Shown in pieces: positions 1 through 14,100 of a stretch of 64,000 bases of DNA. The translations under genes were made by a program, and so were the position numbers. Positions within the stretch are counted from its first letter, which is position 1. The number at the start of each line of letters is the position of its first letter. The notes beneath the pieces are model-generated. The model did not search any database. It worked only from the letters and a program-made list of their open reading frames with translations, and had not been told where the DNA came from. The DNA is from Marsupella aquatica (Eukaryota; Plantae; Marchantiophyta). The stretch spans positions 9,673,839-9,737,838 of the forward strand of contig OZ316893.1 of assembly GCA_973895155.1 (NCBI GenBank), in the 5' to 3' direction.

Positions 1-8
1 AATTCAGT

Positions 9-204
9 TTCAGGCCAGCCTTTTTGGGTTCCCTCGTTGCCCCTGCCCATCCTATGCCTGGGCAGCCCTTAAAATCACACCCTTCCTTCCCAACACCCCA
101 CCTGAAGACTCTCCTCATTTTTGTGTCACAAGTAGGTTTCAGGCCAACCTTTTTGGGTTCCCTCGCTGCCCCTGCCCATCCCATGCCTGGGCAGCCCCTA
201 AAAC
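9..204. repeat. Two direct copies of a ~66-bp unit (tttcaggccagcc...gggcagcccttaaaa); an inverted copy lies at ~2024-2090
   Basis: Units at ~9-76 and ~139-204. The reverse complement ttttaagggctgccc...ggctggcctgaaa is at ~2024-2090. Confidence 0.7.
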
Positions 205-410
205 CCCACCCTTCCAGCTGCTGACTGTTTGTTGAGTAAGGGTGGTGAACAAAGTTGCCATGACTCGAAGGAATGTTTAAGGCAAGCATCTACTCTTTCC
301 CTTATCCCCTTTCTATGTCTTTCCCCAATTTCTCGAAAGAATAGTCTTCCGTGAACTTTAGTAAGGGGAACCAATGGTTTGGGTGAAATCCGGGTGCCTC
401 ACTGATGCTA

Positions 411-971
411 TTTGGGTGCTATTTTTTTTAATTTGTTTTTTGCAGTTAAATCAAGTGGCCCTTCAACCATTCTTTGATGCTATTTTGCCAAAAACCTTTG
501 TGGAAATATTCATGTTAGACTTGAGCTTTTCGTTGGTGTTATTTTTGTGAAAGTTTTTTTCAGATGTGAGCATCTAGCTAGAGCATTTCAGGCAATTTAT
601 GTCACTTAAATGGTAATTTTTATTGTTTAGCTTAGTACACAATGCACTAATTGAATTCACAAGGCATCAATTGATTCATAAAAATGAGCACTAGGATGCA
701 TATAGTAACAAATGTAAAAGCAGTTATATGACCTTAAAATTTGAGCTCAATGTTGGTGAAACAACCACAAAATTAGCTATCAAAATCATATCACAATTCA
801 CATCTCTATGTTTACTCAAAGTGACACAAAAGAAACTTTCACAAAAAGAACTTGGTGTGTTTAGGAAATACTCACGTTGGACTCCTTTTTTTGGCAAAAT
901 AGCATCAAAGAATTGTTTAAATCACACTTGATTTATTTGCAGAAAACAAATTTAAAAAAATAGTACCCAAA
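411..971. mobile_element. MITE-like element with ~80-bp imperfect terminal inverted repeats
   Basis: tttgggtgctattttttt...attctttgatgctattttgccaaaaa (~411-494) is the reverse complement of tttttggcaaaatagcatcaaagaat...aaaaaaatagtacccaaa (~888-971). The interior is AT-rich and non-coding. TSD not resolved. Confidence 0.5.
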
Positions 972-3900
972 ACCACTGACTCGCCTTACTAAAGTTCAGG
1001 TAAGACTATGCTTGGAGAAATACTTTCAGGTGTGAGTACTGCCAAAAAATTTGAGATGGAATAACTAAAGAGAGTAAATATTAGGTACCTTAAAGTAGTA
1101 CTTACCTTGCACAAGTATTTCAACACATGAAAAAAATGAATATGGGAGTGACAAGGGCTAAATACTTTGTACATATGTTATCTATTTATTTTAAGCAAGT
1201 GTACACTTAAAATTGCTTCTAGAGAGTACATTTGGTGGACTGATGTAGATAATTGTAGGATTATGTTACAATTAAAAAATGCAGAAAAGAATCACTAACA
1301 CAGGTCATGAGAAAGGGTTGCAGGGACAAGGGGCCCCATTAAGTATATTTGAAAAGTGAGAGTCACGAATATCTTTACCTAGAGGGGACCCATCAAGTAT
1401 TTTGCTGCGCTTTTTGTGATCGTTTAGTTTCTGCCTTGAAATTCCTTTCTTTGTCTTTTCTCAACTCCATTTCTCAACCAAACCAGACTTTTTGACATCC
1501 TTTGATTCATGCCAGAAATTTTTGTCTGTAGGGTTGTAGTTATTTAGTCATTTTTGCAGTTGTTTGGACTCAGGCTTATTTTGGCTCTTTAATCTTACAG
1601 AGGTTAGGCTAATGTTTTCACCCCTTTATTGAGTCACTTGCCTTTGGTATCCTGTTTCCTGGTTTGACATTTTTTGTCCTTTGGAAATGTCACATATACA
1701 TTCTCCTTCAACCAGATAGTTCTTTTCTGGAATCTGAGATAATTTTGTTCCTACAAAAGAGACCTCAATGCAACCACACTCAATGCTGAGAGGAATTCCT
1801 GCCTGAAAAAAATATATTTGTAGGGAGGGTTTAGTTCTTCTTGCAATTGGTGATTGCGCTCGCCTTATTTGGCTCTTTGGTCTTATTTCCATGTTTCAAA
1901 CTTTCAAAATACAGTTAGAAAAATCTGACTAATGACCAGAGAGCGGGCCAGAGAACCCATTATTTAAAATTAAAATATAGAAATTAAAATATAGAAATAA
2001 AGGGGTTACCAAAAAGGGCTAGGTTTTAAGGGCTGCCCAAGCATGGGATGGGCAGGGGCAGCCAGGGGACCCAAAAAGGCTGGCCTGAAAAAAGTGGGAC
2101 AGAAAAACGAGGACAGTCTTCCGGTGGGGGAAAACCAAGATGCATTTAATGACAAAACAGGGACTCGTCTCCCTGAATGGGCCGAAGGGGGGGAATGGAA
2201 TGGCTGTACTAGGGTGTCTCACATATAGGGAGTTTAAGGAAATTTTTGCGCCTGGGCCTCCTGAGAGGACTGGTCGGGCACCACGCCTGGGAATTTTGAC
2301 CAAACACCCCCCCCCCCTCCCCGACCGTGATTACAATATCAACGAACAAAAGACCTAAAACCAAGAGTTATAGGCCATTGGCATTTGCACCTGCAACCCA
2401 TCTCATAATTCACTAACTCAAAAATGTTGGCCCACATCAACCGTGTCACGGTGCGCCCAACTGTGTCTTGAGCTGCCCGTGTATGCAGCTTTTTTTTACA
2501 TATGTGAGACACCCTAGTGAGTCCCAAAGGGTTACGGCCATGGCCCCCGAGTGACCATGGGTTAACCAGCATAACCCAAGTGTATTGCTTAGTCTATTTT
2601 GACCTGAAGATTGTGCCTGACATTGAATTACTCTCAAGGCAAGCAAGTTGGCCACATTGGTGAAACCCCTCGGCTGGGCTGGCAGGGCGTTATGTATAGG
2701 GTAATGCAGATCTGGGCGCAGGGTTACTAGGCTGTAACCTTGCGTCCAGAATATGAAAAGAAGCTGATCGGCGCCGCCTTTGCTACACTGTATGGTCACA
2801 CTGGTGGGGTACCTTAATGAGTCTTAGTTCTTTGCCAAAATTTTCCTGTAAGAGCTTCACAACCCCAGGGGTCAAAATCATGCACCAGAAAAACTATCTG
2901 CAATGACCTTCACTTGACCTAAGTTGCATCTAAACTTTCTATTACTTTCAAAACTTTGACCTTAGGTAATTAATCGAGGTCAAATTGTTGGTTAGAATGC
3001 ACATGTCCCACCAAATAGGCATTGATTCAAGCACATATGCAAATTTGTATTGCACATTTATTATAGAATTTGTGTCCAAAGATGCACTATACTAAGCATA
3101 AAATGAAACACTAGTATAAGGATAGGTTTAGTTAGACTACAGGCTAGCTTCTAAACTCACTTCTTCCCAGTAATTGTACATCCAAATGTGACAATATGCC
3201 TTGTCCTGCACCTGGTGATTTAATTTAGGATTGTTTGATTACAATCTCCAACTGAATCACAACTTCTCCTTCGGGTGATGTTTATATATATGGTGATGGG
3301 ATTACAAAGTATGTTCCTAACTAGGGTTAGGTTAGTAACCCTAGTAGCTTAACTGTAGTATCTTAACAAGGATTGAATAATTGGGATTATCATATGATGG
3401 AGTTCGATAGTACATCCCATATATGGTCACATTTTGATGTGCAATAACTGGGACTCCCTAAACATTGGTCACCTGAGTGTGCTAATTTTAATCTGTAATG
3501 TCAATTTACACCCACGACAGGAAAGGTGACCTCAGAGGTTGCCGTAGGAGAGAGGGCACCGCGGGGGAGCAGCACAAAGAGAGCCGGCCGGCCGTGTAGG
3601 CAAATGGTGGGCACATTGCCGATGTGGATGTACTCATTATTACTAAAGCGGCACATTCCTTCGCGGGCCGAAATTGTAGAGAAATGTAAGAGAAACACTT
3701 CTGTCGTTGCGGTTCCGTGGTAAGAAGACTTTGGAGGCAATTCTCGTACGCTACCCACCTTCTCGACGCTCGCTGCCTGTCCGCACCACGCGCAAACCAC
3801 GCGCTCACGAAAGAAGAGCGATGCAGTGTCTGGATTACGCGGTACAGCGTGAGCGGTGCAGTGTCTCGACGGACGAATTGGACGTTGCATGTATGCTGTG

Positions 3901-6900
3901 TCATTCCGGAAACAGGTCGTGTCATTCACGAGAATCTTTGGTAGCGAGGTTATTGGCAAAGCGCAGTAGTACTGCAGCAGGAGGTGGTGAAGAAAAGGCT
4001 CTAAATCGACGACGAAAGGCCATTTTTTTCCTCAAATCAGGCTCTGCATCGACAGGATTCGGTAGCTTTACACCGTACCGAATCGAGGCACAGCTCTCGA
4101 TCGACAAACACCACACCGCAAGGGTAGGAAACACCGCACCGCAAGGGTAGGAACTTGGAAGGTGACCTTTGGACTCTAGAGTCTAGAAAATGCCCATGGC
4201 CAAAGCTACAGTAGCTGCTCATTTGCCAATGCTGTCTCAAATAAGTTTAGGGTAACCCATGGTCCAAAGTGGGTTACTGGATGTAATCCCCAAGAGCAGT
4301 AAGCCCGAGTGGACATGGATCAACGAGCGCTGCTCCAAGGGTAGTTTTTGTTGTACTTTTTACCCAATACTTGGATAAGCCTCCAGACTAGCCCGAGTGG
4401 CCATGGATTAACCGGCTCAACCCCAGTGTAGTTTTGCTCTTTTTTTACTCAAAATTTGAATAATTCTTCAGACAGACTAGCCAAGGGCCTAAATCTCATA
4501 ATCCACAGAAATATAGAGAGAAACCCACAGGAGGGGATATTGTACAGTATATATTGCAGGAGGGGATGTATAATGTACAATATGCAACACAATATGTTTT
4601 GACAATACCGTGTACAATAGGGTCTGGGCCATTTGAATTTTTGTGAACAATTTGGTTTTGACAATATTGTGTACAAATAGCTGTACCCTTTTGGCTTGAA
4701 CTAAAGTTCAGCCAACTATGCTACGACTACACTAAGCCACATACTCTGAATATGCTATACTGTAGCGAGAGATGTTTTGCAATGTGTACAGTGCAGTATT
4801 GCAGCACTCTGGACTGTACTGTGGAGGTGGCTCTCTAGGTTTTACATTGTCCTAACAAGCGGCTTTACAAGGTGTCAAGGGTAATAGTGACACTATTTTC
4901 TGGAAAGGAACTCGAGGGTGAGATTCTTGTTCTAATGATAGATTTGAGACTAAAGCTCTTTTGAAATTAAGGTAAAGTAAATGCAAATCCCATGAATGAG
5001 GAGCATAACTTCGAAATGTTTGGACTGTCTGAGGAGGTGGTCTAGATTCTAGACAAAATAAGGACTTCACATAAGCATTTACATCAGCCCACTACTTGCC
5101 ATGTAGATTGGTAATACCATTGCTCAATGGCCCGGGATTTTGTAAGGCCACCCTTACTATAAGCCTTCTCTTAGCATCCATACCAAATCAATTTCTTGTG
5201 CACTGCTGCTATCCATATCAAATGGGTCTCAGTGAAGGCCTTTGTCAGGGAGTGGAGAGGGCGTCCATTCAATATTAGATTGGTGACATGGAAATGTGGT
5301 CCAACCCCGTAGCAAAACTATTTTTTGCAGGGCTATCAAACCATTTAACGGATGCAAGGCATTGGTATATATATATTAGCCCTCGTACGTTCTGTATACT
5401 TTTGTTAAAGCTTCTTGTGACTTAAGATTTCTTTGGTCATAGACCCTGTGTAATGCTTCCCAAATGTAATGTTTGTTCTTTGATTGAACATGTTGCCCTA
5501 GTGCCATCCCTGGTTCTCACAGGACCTGCTTGAAACATTAATACCTATTTATCATGCAAGGAAATAATGGAAGGCCACAAGATTATTTTTGTGTTTTCAC
5601 TTTTTAATTTTAAAAGCAATGTATATGCCAGAAAGTCACTATTTATACCATGATGCTTAAAATATTCTTAAATTTAATTTACATAAAAAAAATCTCTTCT
5701 AACCACAACGACCCATAATATTGCCCAAAATCTGAATAAATATAAGCTTAGTATTGTGATGGGCCTGACAATAGCCCCGCAATGTATTATTAAAGTTATT
5801 ATAAACTCCAGATGCGAGTGTAATGCTTGACCCTAGTTGTAACTTCAAAATCAAAATAAAGTTATCTGGGAAGGTTACAAGTCAAGGCATTTTGGTACAC
5901 ACATGTACAAAGGTCAGTATAATGTTTGACCCCATTTGTAACTTCAAAATCAATAAGGTCATAAGTTAAGGCAATTGGTACACATATATTCAAAGGTTTG
6001 AATATTGTTTGACAAGTTGTAGCTTAAAAACAATGTTATAATACTCTAGAGTTTACATTCCAAAAATCTAAGATTCAATACCACTTCAAAACAATAGTTT
6101 TGTAACTAGACCCTTCCACATGTTAACATCTTAATAATCCTTGCATTAAACTTCAATGTAAGCTTCCCATGACCAAACCCTCGCTTATTCATCCCACCTT
6201 CATCATGATCTTTCATCCCTACTTATATTTCTAATATTCTTTCCCATTTTATTTGTATGGTGTCAAGAGGTTGAGAGAATGCTTTATATGTTGCTCACCA
6301 AGCTTATTTATTTTATTGCAATTAAATTGCCTTTTAAAATATACTTTATACCCAACCTGGAGATTTTTCAAATATTGATTTTTTTCAAAGCCCACATACT
6401 GCCCAAGTTCTTCTTATTCTTTAGGCACCATAAAGGGCATAATCTAGTTATGTCAACATCCAAGCATGGATAGGTTTAGTTTGATAGAGTTGTTCGTGTT
6501 GAGAAGTGACATTACTCTTCACACAAGGTTTCACACACAAAAGCAACATAGATTGTTGGATTCAAAACATCTAATGGTGTAAAAGTTTTTTTTGAGCTAA
6601 GGGACCACACGAGTATTCACACACAAAATGAATCTAGATGATTGGATTCATAACATTTAATGGTATGAGAGCTCATTTTCAGTTGAGAGGCCACATGAGC
6701 CTTCTCACGAGTCTTCACACACAAAATGGATGTAGATCGTTCGATTCAAACCATCTAATGGCTGGATATTTATAGGGTGACATGGATTTTGATAAAAAAT
6801 TCAGATTTACGGAAGTCTCTAACTGGACCCGTAACAATGGTTAACTCTAGCCATTTGATCTGACTGATTGACGCATTTAATTGATCATTTGCTAACAAAG

Positions 6901-7723
6901 AGGACGGTGGACTATGGGCAAAATAGTTACAAGCAAAAATGCATGTCATTGGATTTTAAAATTGACAAATAAAATTAAAAGTGAATAATTAACAGTGACA
7001 GTGTGCACTTTTAATGGATGTTTTTTGGGGGTTTCCTGTTAATTCTCTACTTCTGGAGTATGCTAGCATTGTCAGATGCATCAAAGAGTTTTTTAAGCCA
7101 TAACTCTGTTGTCTCAAGCATGGTAGGGCCAAAATTTTGTAACTTGCTAGCTAGCTTTGAAGTCTATTTTCTACATAAATTTAAAAAAACTTATTTTCCC
7201 CCAGACTCGGATCCTTGGGCTAACAATGGCCAACAAAAAAAATGCGATCCATGCCATTATTTCTAGACCAAGTCTCATGCCTATCAAGCCAATCATGAAC
7301 TCACCTCCATGGTTGTTGGAATGTTTGGCTTGAAGTGCCACCAGATGACATTGAAGCATGTGTAATAATGTACAAAGGAGGTCTGTTAGGCTTACATTCC
7401 TGGTGAGAGTGCCATGAAAAATGAACTCCAAGAACCTTTGTGATTGATATGACAAATATAGATATGACAAATATACCCCCCTTAATGTTTGTATGAAATT
7501 AAGGGGAAATTAAGGGGGCTGCATATATACATAAATATGTGACAAATAGAGATATGACAAATATAAGCATACATCATCATCTTAACATACAAATATACAA
7601 TACATCTCACCCTCTCCATCCATTTACAATTGGTGGGGCCCTAGACTTACCTAGCCCTTCACTGACTTCAATTATAGCTTCTGTTGCACACCTCCATTAT
7701 CTTTTGGGAGACCTACGATTTAG

Positions 7724-10700
7724 GAGGATATGCTCAATAGACCCCCTCCAGGATAAACTTTACTTGATCAGCCCCCTCCAAACTTTTTTGCCCCAATCAG
7801 CCCCCTCATTATGGCCCGTACCCTTTTCCCCTGTGTAAGGCCCTTCTCCCCGTGTAAGGCCATACTGCACAGTTTTCAACCATGCCACCACGCAGGGTCG
7901 CCTCCCGTAGTCGACCATGCGACTCCGCTGCAGTAGGGCCGCAATTACGCGGGTTTGTGTTCTTATGAGTGTGAATACATTGTGGTTTATGTATTCAACA
8001 AAATTTCTTTTTTAGGGCACACATTGTCGGGGTGCGGTTTAGGGTCAAGCGCGAGAGTCATTTGTCGAGGGTGGAAAAATTGTTGGAAAATTTGCTAAGT
8101 GTGGTGCGAAGACAATGTGGACAATGTCTTCCAAAACCCACAACATCGGCCATTTACCCCTGCTCAAATGGCTTCTTGAAGTAGAATGTCCTGTCGTTGG
8201 AAAAATTGCTAAGTGTGGTGCGAAGACAATGTGGACAATGTCTTCCAAAACCCACAACATCGGCCATTTACCCTTGCTCAAATGGCTTCTTGAAGCAAAA
8301 TGTCCTGCCGTTGGAAAAATTGCTAAGTGTGGTGCGAAGACAATGTGGATAATGTCTTCCAAAACCCACAACATCGGCCATTTACCCCTGCTCAAATGGC
8401 TTCTTGGAGCAAAATATCCTATCATTGGAAAAATTGCTAAGTGTGGTGCGAAGACAATGTGGACGATGTCTTCCAAAACTGAAGGTAGTCTCCAGCAGAA
8501 TGAATAACTTTTATACATCAGAACATAGTGAATGTAGCTTGCTTTTTATTCATAAATGTTTCCAGTACAAGTTGCAAGTCAAGTTGTGACCTTGCAGTCT
8601 AGATGTATCATGGGCCTCCTTGCCTTCCAATAAAGCTACATTTTATCTGAAGCTACCTCAAGCTACATTGCATCTGAAGACCACTGAAGCTACCACAAAA
8701 ATGGCTTAGTACCATACGGGCGGGCATACGGGAAGGGTGTCCATGCTCAGTCAGCATACTGGGAAGCTAGGGTGCGGGAGTTGGCCAATAGCCTCCCTGA
8801 ATGTATCTTGTGAAGCAGTCATTTGGGACCAGCATTTGGCAGCAAACCATACTTCTTCTTTATCATTGTCTTCTTCTGCAACTTTGTCTGTCTCCATCGA
8901 AGTCGCACAGTGGATCGAAGCTGGTTCCAAGAGGCCTCATTGTTGTCCTTCCTCACATTTTGCCCATGGCCCTTGTGTTTCTTGGCAATCCGAGTGGAGA
9001 AGTTGGATTTTGAATACAACCAAGGTTGGCCCGCCTCCAATAATGCAGGTGGCAACTCCAATTTGTGTGTGACGTCCATGTGGGTTTGGAAATCAGCAAA
9101 GGAAGAGAATGACCAAGGCTTGTGAGCACCAGCTATGCAGACAAACACATGCTTGCCTTCAGCATCAACACGATGTTGGAAGTGATTCTCTTCCTCTGCT
9201 ACCTGAATTTTTCTCATTCGTGGAGCCATGGAAACTGAGCTTGAACCTTGGTTGGGCTCAAAATCAAACCCAACCTCTCCAGCCTATGACCTTGACCTTC
9301 GTCCTGTACTGCTTTCCACTCCTTAATGGAAGTAGACTGGTCCCTATACTCATGCCCACAACTTCAACATATCCCTGTCGTGAAGTCCACTTTGCCTAGA
9401 GCTTGCAGGCAACCACAAAATCATGAGAGGAAACTTCATTCACAAATTCAAGGATATGATTCAACTGCCATATGGAAACAGTCCTTGCACTGTTATCCAC
9501 GTAATATTGAAACTATGCAGTGCCAGAACCAGAAGACATGGATGTGATGGTGATCAAAAGTTGCAGAATTCAAGAGACATTCACGTAATGGTATTCTGTG
9601 TATCAACACGATGCAAAAAAAATGCAAAAAACAGTATCTTGGGCTGCATTGACGGACAATCCTCCTCTGGAAGAACAACAGAGGGAGATACTCTCACCAA
9701 AACAAAACAGCCCATCATATTAATGTTTGCAACAAGAGCACAACAAGAGGCGATTCTAATGATAGCTGGACCAAACCAAGAAGAGAATAGGTTCAGATAT
9801 AAGCAAAACTAGAACACACGGATGTCTTGGTATTCAAACAAGGCAGCAAAACTCGAAGACATTCATGTCATGGTATTCGAAACATGCACAACATTCAAAC
9901 GCATTCAAAGCACAGCATTCAAACTTAATTGTTGACATGTAGACCACGTTTGTAAAATTCAGGATGCAAAGCATGTCATGAAGCATTCAGAAATAACTTC
10001 TTCAGCACTTTGCAAACAATGGTGCTACAAGATTTATACTTAGGCAAAAAGAGCTGAAATCATACTTAGTGCTTTGACCAAGAAACAAAGACAGGCGGGT
10101 TCAAGTGGGATGCAGATTAATCCCTATCGTGAAGTCCACTTTGCCTAAAGCTCGCAGGCAACCACAAAATCCTGAGAGGAAATTGAAGCCCCCGACCCGC
10201 TGAAGCCACAAATTCAAGAACATGATTGAACTCCCAAATGCAACCTAGCCCTACACTGTTATCCACGTATTCAAACTATGCAACAGAACCGGAGGACATG
10301 GATTGCATGGTGACAAAAATGCACAAGAACAAGGAGACTTTGCAAATGATCTGAACTAATCTGAACAATGCAAATCTGAACGATGCAGAAGAACTTACGA
10401 CCAGATAGATAAGATAATGCAGGAGACGTCATTCATGTTATGGTATGCAGGATTAAATAGTTTCTTGGGCTACATTGGCGGGCGGACAATCCTCCTGTGG
10501 AATTGAAAAACAGCAAAGGGAGACACTCTCACCAAACCAAAACAACCCACCAACAATCTGGCAGGCGCTACAATGTGAAAGAAATCTCGGAGAATGGGGT
10601 GAATGAACACTACTCGATCCTAGCAGTGGGCCGCAACTCAGACCTCAAGCTCTCCTTTGGCATCGATCAATGAAATGTGCACACGTTCAAAGCATGAACC

Positions 10701-11137
10701 TCCCCAAAATGGCCAGCCGTCAGCAACAAACGACCCCGCCTCACCTCCATGAACGATGCCTCAGTCCCCTTCGTAAAACAACAAAAAATGTCGATCCCAC
10801 CCTCAACAACTGACTCTCGCGCTTGACCCTAAACCGCGCCCTGACAATGTGTGCCCTAAAAAAGAAATTTTGTTGAATACATAAACCACAATGTATTCAC
10901 ACTCATAAGAACACAAAACCGCGTAATTGCGGCCCTACTGCAGCGGAGTCACATGGTCAACTACCGGAGGCGACCCTGCGTGGTGGCATGGCTGAAAACT
11001 GTGCAGTATGGCCTTACACGGGGGAAAAGTGTCTTACACAGGGGAAAAGGGTACCGGGGCTGATTGGGGCAAAAAAGTTTGGAGGGAGCTGATCAAGTAA
11101 AGTTTCTCATGGAGGGGGTCTATTGAACATATCCCTC
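7724..11137. mobile_element. Non-autonomous Mutator-like element (Pack-MULE-like), ~340-bp TIRs
   Basis: 7724-~8060 is the reverse complement of ~10811-11137 (termini GAGGATATGCTCAATAGACCCCC / GGGGGTCTATTGAACATATCCCTC). It is flanked by a 10-bp near-TSD, tacgatttag (7714-7723) / tacgaattag (11138-11147). No transposase inside. Confidence 0.85.
8082..8479. repeat. Tandem repeat, 114-bp unit, ~3.5 copies
   Basis: (g/a)ttggaaaa...gctaagtgtggtgcgaagacaatgtgga recurs at 8082, 8196, 8310 and 8424. It gives the 38-aa periodicity of the ORFs on both strands. Confidence 0.95.
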
Positions 11138-14100
11138 TACGAATTAGTAATAAGATTCATTGCGCCAGGAGGGACGGCCCTAGAGCATATCCCGGGACGG
11201 CCCTAGAGCATATCCTGGACCAGGGTCGGGAGTGCTTCTAACCCCTATCACTGCCCATGAAACCTCACTGTTAGAATAGGTAGCGTCTTCGTCGTCATGC
11301 CACTCGTCCTCGGCACTGACTGTCGTCCTGAGATGCTACGATAGATTTTTCAGTCTCCTACGATTGAATTTCCCCCAGTTTCCGATGTGAACAGGAAGTC
11401 CAAGTACACTGCTACTGTAGTCCAGGGCGAGAAGGACTCTCTTAATTTCCATGGCGGGAGTAAGAGTAGGAAAAACTTTTTCATGGTCCATTCCGCCCCT
11501 GCCCGAGAGATCTCTTCGATTAAATCATGCCTTGGGGCCAGAGTGGAAGGCTTGAATGGCCCACTCGGACACCTTGCTCCCGGAAATTCGTGCTCAGATC
11601 AGGGCAGGATCCCTTTGAAGTTTCAGGTACATGCTCATTCGCTTTCTTTGCTTGTCATTGCTCAATTGAAATTTGAAGTTCTTTTAGAGCCTAGACGAAC
11701 AGCGCGTCCGTCGTCCGATGTTACCTTCTACCTAAATACGCTGTTAATGCTTAGTTCGCAGAGGGATGCACTACTGAGGACTCAATCATCTGAAATTAGG
11801 GCTGGTTAGTTGAGTTCATTGAGGTTGGTGGTCGTGTGAAATGACCTATGTAGATGTTGTGTAGCCCGGAGAGCAACTTGAGTCCATTGTTCGGACCAAG
11901 CTTCATAGTCTCAGATGGCCAGATCTTGGCGAGCTACTTTTGCCAGAAAATAATTGCTACCTACGTGTTCATATTCTATTATCACTGGATGACCGTGATC
12001 TCCGTCCTTACATCCGAACTCATCGGGCTCATTTCTGCAAATTGCACTGTTAGTACTGTCCTTGAGATGTATCGAACTGCGTCCGCGTCAATTTTCATAT
12101 CAATGGAACATGATTGTGTTTGCTCTGGAGCTTGTTCCCATTTTTGTAGCAACCACGGACGGCGAACACTCTCATGCTTTCCTACTTGTAACGACTAAGG
12201 TGGACTTTCAAAGGTTGGCCGTCGAATTAGCATGGGAGTGATAGTGCTCTCAACTTGATCACATAATGTTGATGTACTGATTAGGTTGGCTTTCTGTTGT
12301 AGTTTCAATAATCTGAGTGGCACCACTTCAGATAGCTACACAATAGTCACTGGATTTTCTTAGAAGGGTGATGGAAAGCCTGCTGAATAATGCTTCTGAA
12401 ATTGGAAGTAAAGCCAGTTTCTGCTGTCGAAGACGAAAGGGACAAAGGTGTTCTTTCCATTTTGTCGGACACAGCTGAGTGGGACAGCGACGGGGACAAG
12501 CCCTCACGAGAACTAGTAGTTACAACTGGATCCGATGAGAACGTGGTAAGTGCAAATGACTTAAGTGTTTCTGTAGTTACAGAGGTCATGTTGTAGTTGT
12601 AATTTGCAGATCAAACTAATTGAAAGGCATAATTGCATGGAAGAACCCTTCCTTGGTCCCTGACTATCACGGCTGACAAGTTTCAAGTGTGTTTAAGCTG
12701 TTATGCATTGTGCTCCTTGCACACGAGGATGGTGGTGGGTTTGAAGTAAGTTCTGTACATCTATCAGAAATGGAAATGCTAAGAGAATACACTAAGGGGG
12801 CTCTGTAACTCGTCAGCCATGGGAAATGATGACAGTGGATGTCAAAACCCAAAAAGCATGAAGGTCCCAAGAGACGAACATCCTTTGGCTCTTCGAAACA
12901 GAGTCAATCCAATTTGAAATATGCGCTCAAAATGTTCTCTCAGAGTCTCAACAATTTGAGGTATGCGCTCAAAAGGTTCTCTCAGAGTCTCGCAAAATGT
13001 ATTTCTCAGTTCGTCGTGCAAATATATGACTTATAGACTAAAAAACAAATGACAATCATTGCGTAGGAATTTTCTTCTCCAAACAAACTAATGACAATAA
13101 AATGAAGATACCAGCTCATTGGAGACATTGCAGAGACCTGCACATGAAAATAACGTAGAAGTCGTAGTGGTTGACGGTCACGTGTAGAAGTATGTTGATA
13201 GCAAATGACATGTACAGTACAGTGGTACATAAGGATTACGAGGATGATCTCAGAAAAGACATTTGATCTAGGCTTAAAGAAAACCACGCACCGATAAGGT
13301 AGTCCTCTATGTCGATGCCAAAAAGTCTTCCGATTTCACTGCATGCCTTGAGATTTACCGGTCATGACCATCCAAAATGACACTGTCAATTCTCAATCTA
13401 GGGAACAGATTGGATATAAATCAGGTTGCAGCATTTCAAATATGACTTGGTCTACAGAAAAAATAATATTGCTAAAGTGAGAGCGATTGCACGGGATAGT
13501 AGCAGTATAAACCATCGGAAATGAAAAACCCAAACGGAGCTTTAACACACAAACAGCAGTCGGGCTTGTAGCTGAGTCATAACAAATTTACAAGACCAGA
13601 AAGAAAGAAGGAGAACAATGTGCACTTTGAAACATAGAAGGTGGGATAGTGTTGAGAGTACTTGAACTTACAGCCTGCCAGGATGTCTCCTTCGGAATGG
13701 GACAACAGCCCTCCAGTGCATAATTGCCAGCAGAAACACAACTATTTGTGTTTGAGATCTCTAGTGATTATGATACCTTCTGGGCGGTTACATAATTGTG
13801 AAATTTGGCATTTCCATGGCAACATTGTGACAAAAATAAAATTTGGCATTTACATGGCAACATTGTGATACAAAACCATTTTTAAACACTTGTTATCAGT
13901 GTACTAAAATTTATTATGTAATCAAATTATATTTCTAAAATGAATTATTTAATTTTTTTTAAAATGGAAATATAACTAAAACAAATACATGTGATAATGT
14001 TATCTGTCTTGGCTTTATATTTACTAGCCCTGATTACCCGTTCAAAGAATAAATAACAGGGAGTACAATAAAAATGTCACTAAAATATATTTATTATTCA

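Noticed and set aside
3501-4240. Overlapping ORFs of 140-150 aa in several frames
   Set aside because: Expected in GC-rich sequence, and none shows a recognisable motif.
5820-6780. Degenerate ~100-bp tandem units (also 18196-18370)
   Set aside because: Ordinary decayed local duplications with no termini, TSD or coding signal.
8045-8518. Repeat proteins on both strands (157 aa and 130 aa)
   Set aside because: By-products of a 114-bp tandem repeat whose length is a multiple of three; no recognisable domain.
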